A DNA stretch of 40,576 bases from Spirochaetota bacterium (lineage in GTDB: Bacteria; Spirochaetota; UBA4802; JAFGDQ01): NCBI GenBank assembly GCA_043803405.1, contig JAZDKB010000002.1:1-40576 (forward strand), given 5' to 3'. The notes beneath the pieces are model-generated. The model searched no databases. It was given only the letters and a program-made list of their open reading frames with translations, and was not told the DNA's origin. Numbering within the stretch: position 1 is the first letter of the stretch; each line of letters starts with the position of its first letter. Below, one piece after another: positions 39,047 through 40,576 of this stretch. The translations under genes and the position numbers were made by a program.

Positions 39047-39511
39047 ATGAGTGATGAAAAAATCAACAGCATTGACGAAAAGGCAGAAAGCATTGATGAA
39101 AAAGCCGACAGCAAAAAGATAAGCGTAATTTTCTATCTGTTCCCGGTCATAATTAATTTTTCCATTATGATGCTTGTTACCGGTGAATCGACATGGGGAC
39201 AGGATTATAGTTTTATAAACGGAATACACGCGCGGCTGTTCGGGCTGACGTTCCTGGCATTTTGCATTCCTTTGCTGCGCGATATATTTATTAAGATGCC
39301 GAAAGCCAGCGGGAATCCGGAAAAGCAAAAAGAAGTATTCACTCTATTCATTAGTTCGCCGTTTATGTTAACCTGGATAGCTACACTGGTTTTATTATTT
39401 GTTACAAAGTATAATCATGCACTGGTTCTTAATATATTATATTTTATCAGCATTTTCGCGTGTTTATATTACCAGTATAAATTTGTAACTAAACTGAAAG
39501 AGATACTTTAA
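39047..39511 (+). CDS. Hypothetical 4-TM membrane protein
   Basis: Four hydrophobic segments; duplicated SIDEKA at the N-terminus. Confidence 0.7.
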   Translation: MSDEKINSIDEKAESIDEKADSKKISVIFYLFPVIINFSIMMLVTGESTWGQDYSFINGIHARLFGLTFLAFCIPLLRDIFIKMPKASGNPEKQKEVFTLFISSPFMLTWIATLVLLFVTKYNHALVLNILYFISIFACLYYQYKFVTKLKEIL

Positions 39512-39555
39512 AATTATCCCTGTCCCTTTTGCGGAGACTCCCTGTAAGACTTTTT

Positions 39556-39939
39556 CTATGCTGTTGCTGTTGCGGGAGCTGTTGTTGCCGGCGAAGCAGT
39601 TTTAGCCGCGCTTTTTTCTTTGTAAGGCTTTAACCCAAAATCCTTAACCTGCGCGTTTTTTTTACCGAAATGGCCGTATACTGATGAATTGAACTTGGCG
39701 ACTTTATCTTTAATCTCTTTTTCAAGCTTTTCGTAATTGTTTTTATATGTGCTTGCATCCGCCTGTGTCTGCTTCCACAGTTCCATTGCTCTTTCCAGCT
39801 CGGTTTTAATAGTTCTTATTTTTTCTTCCACAACCTCTGTAGGGTATCCTTCGTCAGCAGCATGCTTCCTTGCTCCGTCCGCAAGATTCTCCAGTTTTGT
39901 GTTTAACAACATAAAAGATTTTCTAATATCTTCGGGCAT
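39556..39939 (-). CDS. Hypothetical helical protein with Ala/Thr/Pro tail
   Basis: AAGGAAGG RBS; coiled-coil-like core; VYGHFGKKNAQVKDFGL segment. Confidence 0.8.
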   Translation of the reverse strand: MPEDIRKSFMLLNTKLENLADGARKHAADEGYPTEVVEEKIRTIKTELERAMELWKQTQADASTYKNNYEKLEKEIKDKVAKFNSSVYGHFGKKNAQVKDFGLKPYKEKSAAKTASPATTAPATATA

Positions 39940-40032
39940 TTTACGCCTTCCTTAAAGATTTATTTAAATTAACAGGCTATCTGCCTTGTTTTGCATAATT
40001 AATTGTATAATATTATTAAAAATGCCGGTTTT

Positions 40033-40368
40033 ATTGTTTGGCGAATGTTTCGCATTGTTTGACGGGACTTTCGCATAATGATTTTCAAGTCCCGCATTGT
40101 TTTGCGAATGTTTCGTATAGTTTGATGAGACATTCGCATAATGATTTTCAAGTCCCGCATTGTTTGGCGAATGTTTCGCATTGTCTGATGAGGCTTTCGC
40201 ATAATGATTTTCAAGCCTCGCATAGTTTGGCGAATGTTTCGTATTGTTTGACGAGGTTTTCGCATAATGATTGTCAAGTCTCGTATTGTTTGGCAAATGT
40301 TTCGTATTGTCTGACGAGGTTTTCGCATAATGATTTTCAAGTCTCATATTGTTTGGCGAATGTTTCGT
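40033..40368. repeat. Tandem array of 63-bp units built from three related 21-bp subunits (5 1/3 units)
   Basis: Units start at 40033, 40096, 40159, 40222, 40285, 40348; first unit ATTGTTTGGCGAATGTTTCGC-ATTGTTTGACGGGACTTTCGC-ATAATGATTTTCAAGTCCCGC. Confidence 0.95.
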
Positions 40369-40408
40369 TAAACAATAAAAATACATACGCAAATATTGTA
40401 AAAATTAC

Positions 40409-40576
40409 GAGAGTGTAAAAAAGATTGTGTAAACAGCGAGAGTGTAAAAAAGATTGTGTAAACAGCCATAGAATAAATAATTGAAGACAGAGGAGAAGAA
40501 AATGGCTGAAGGAAAAGAAATAGTAGAAGAACTGTTAAAGCAGATAGATTTTAAGAATTTAACAGTAAATCAGATA
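40409..40576 (+). mobile_element. Left end of an IS256-family insertion sequence, terminal 29 bp tandemly duplicated
   Basis: GAGAGTGTAAAAAAGATTGTGTAAACAGC at 40409-40437 and 40438-40466, resembling IS256-family terminal repeats. Confidence 0.75.
40502..40576 (+). CDS. IS256-family transposase, N-terminal fragment (runs off the window)
   Basis: AGGAG RBS then MAEGKEIVEELLKQIDFKNLTVNQI, directly inside the putative IS end. Confidence 0.65.
   Translation, partial: MAEGKEIVEELLKQIDFKNLTVNQI

Noticed and set aside
39053..39110. 21-bp duplication encoding SIDEKA
   Set aside because: Minor low-complexity N-terminal duplication unrelated in sequence to the nearby array
40033..40368. 63-bp array as a CRISPR array
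   Set aside because: All segments are repeated, there are no unique spacers, and no cas genes are present
40409..40466. 29-bp direct repeat as a mini-CRISPR
   Set aside because: Copies abut with no spacer and resemble an IS256-family end

Overview
Bacterial chromosomal window, mostly AT-rich with GC-richer signalling genes. Lipoprotein signals, OMPLA and TolC-type genes indicate a diderm host; a spirochaete-like organism is only a guess. The left end (1-2.2 kb) is a decayed mobile zone: a REP-like hairpin, a 5'-truncated ORF-deleted group IIB intron with an insertion inside domain V, a probably leaderless higBA operon and two degenerate attC-like sites (CALIN-like, no integrase in the window). 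The middle holds hybrid histidine kinases, a Ser/Thr pseudokinase-AAA-GAF-HK, a deaminase fusion, a repeat lipoprotein, a type II R-M pair, OMPLA, and a membrane AraC regulator followed by small exported proteins and an AbrB-led MacAB-TolC-like operon that share a 26-bp upstream motif. The right part has a beta-barrel protein, an acyl-CoA synthetase-ACP-acyltransferase fusion, an ABC-F ATPase, a diguanylate cyclase, a small helical protein preceded by a hierarchical 21/63-bp repeat array, and the start of an IS256-family element with a duplicated left end. No rRNA, tRNA or CRISPR array was seen. All family calls come from motif recognition by eye, not database searches.
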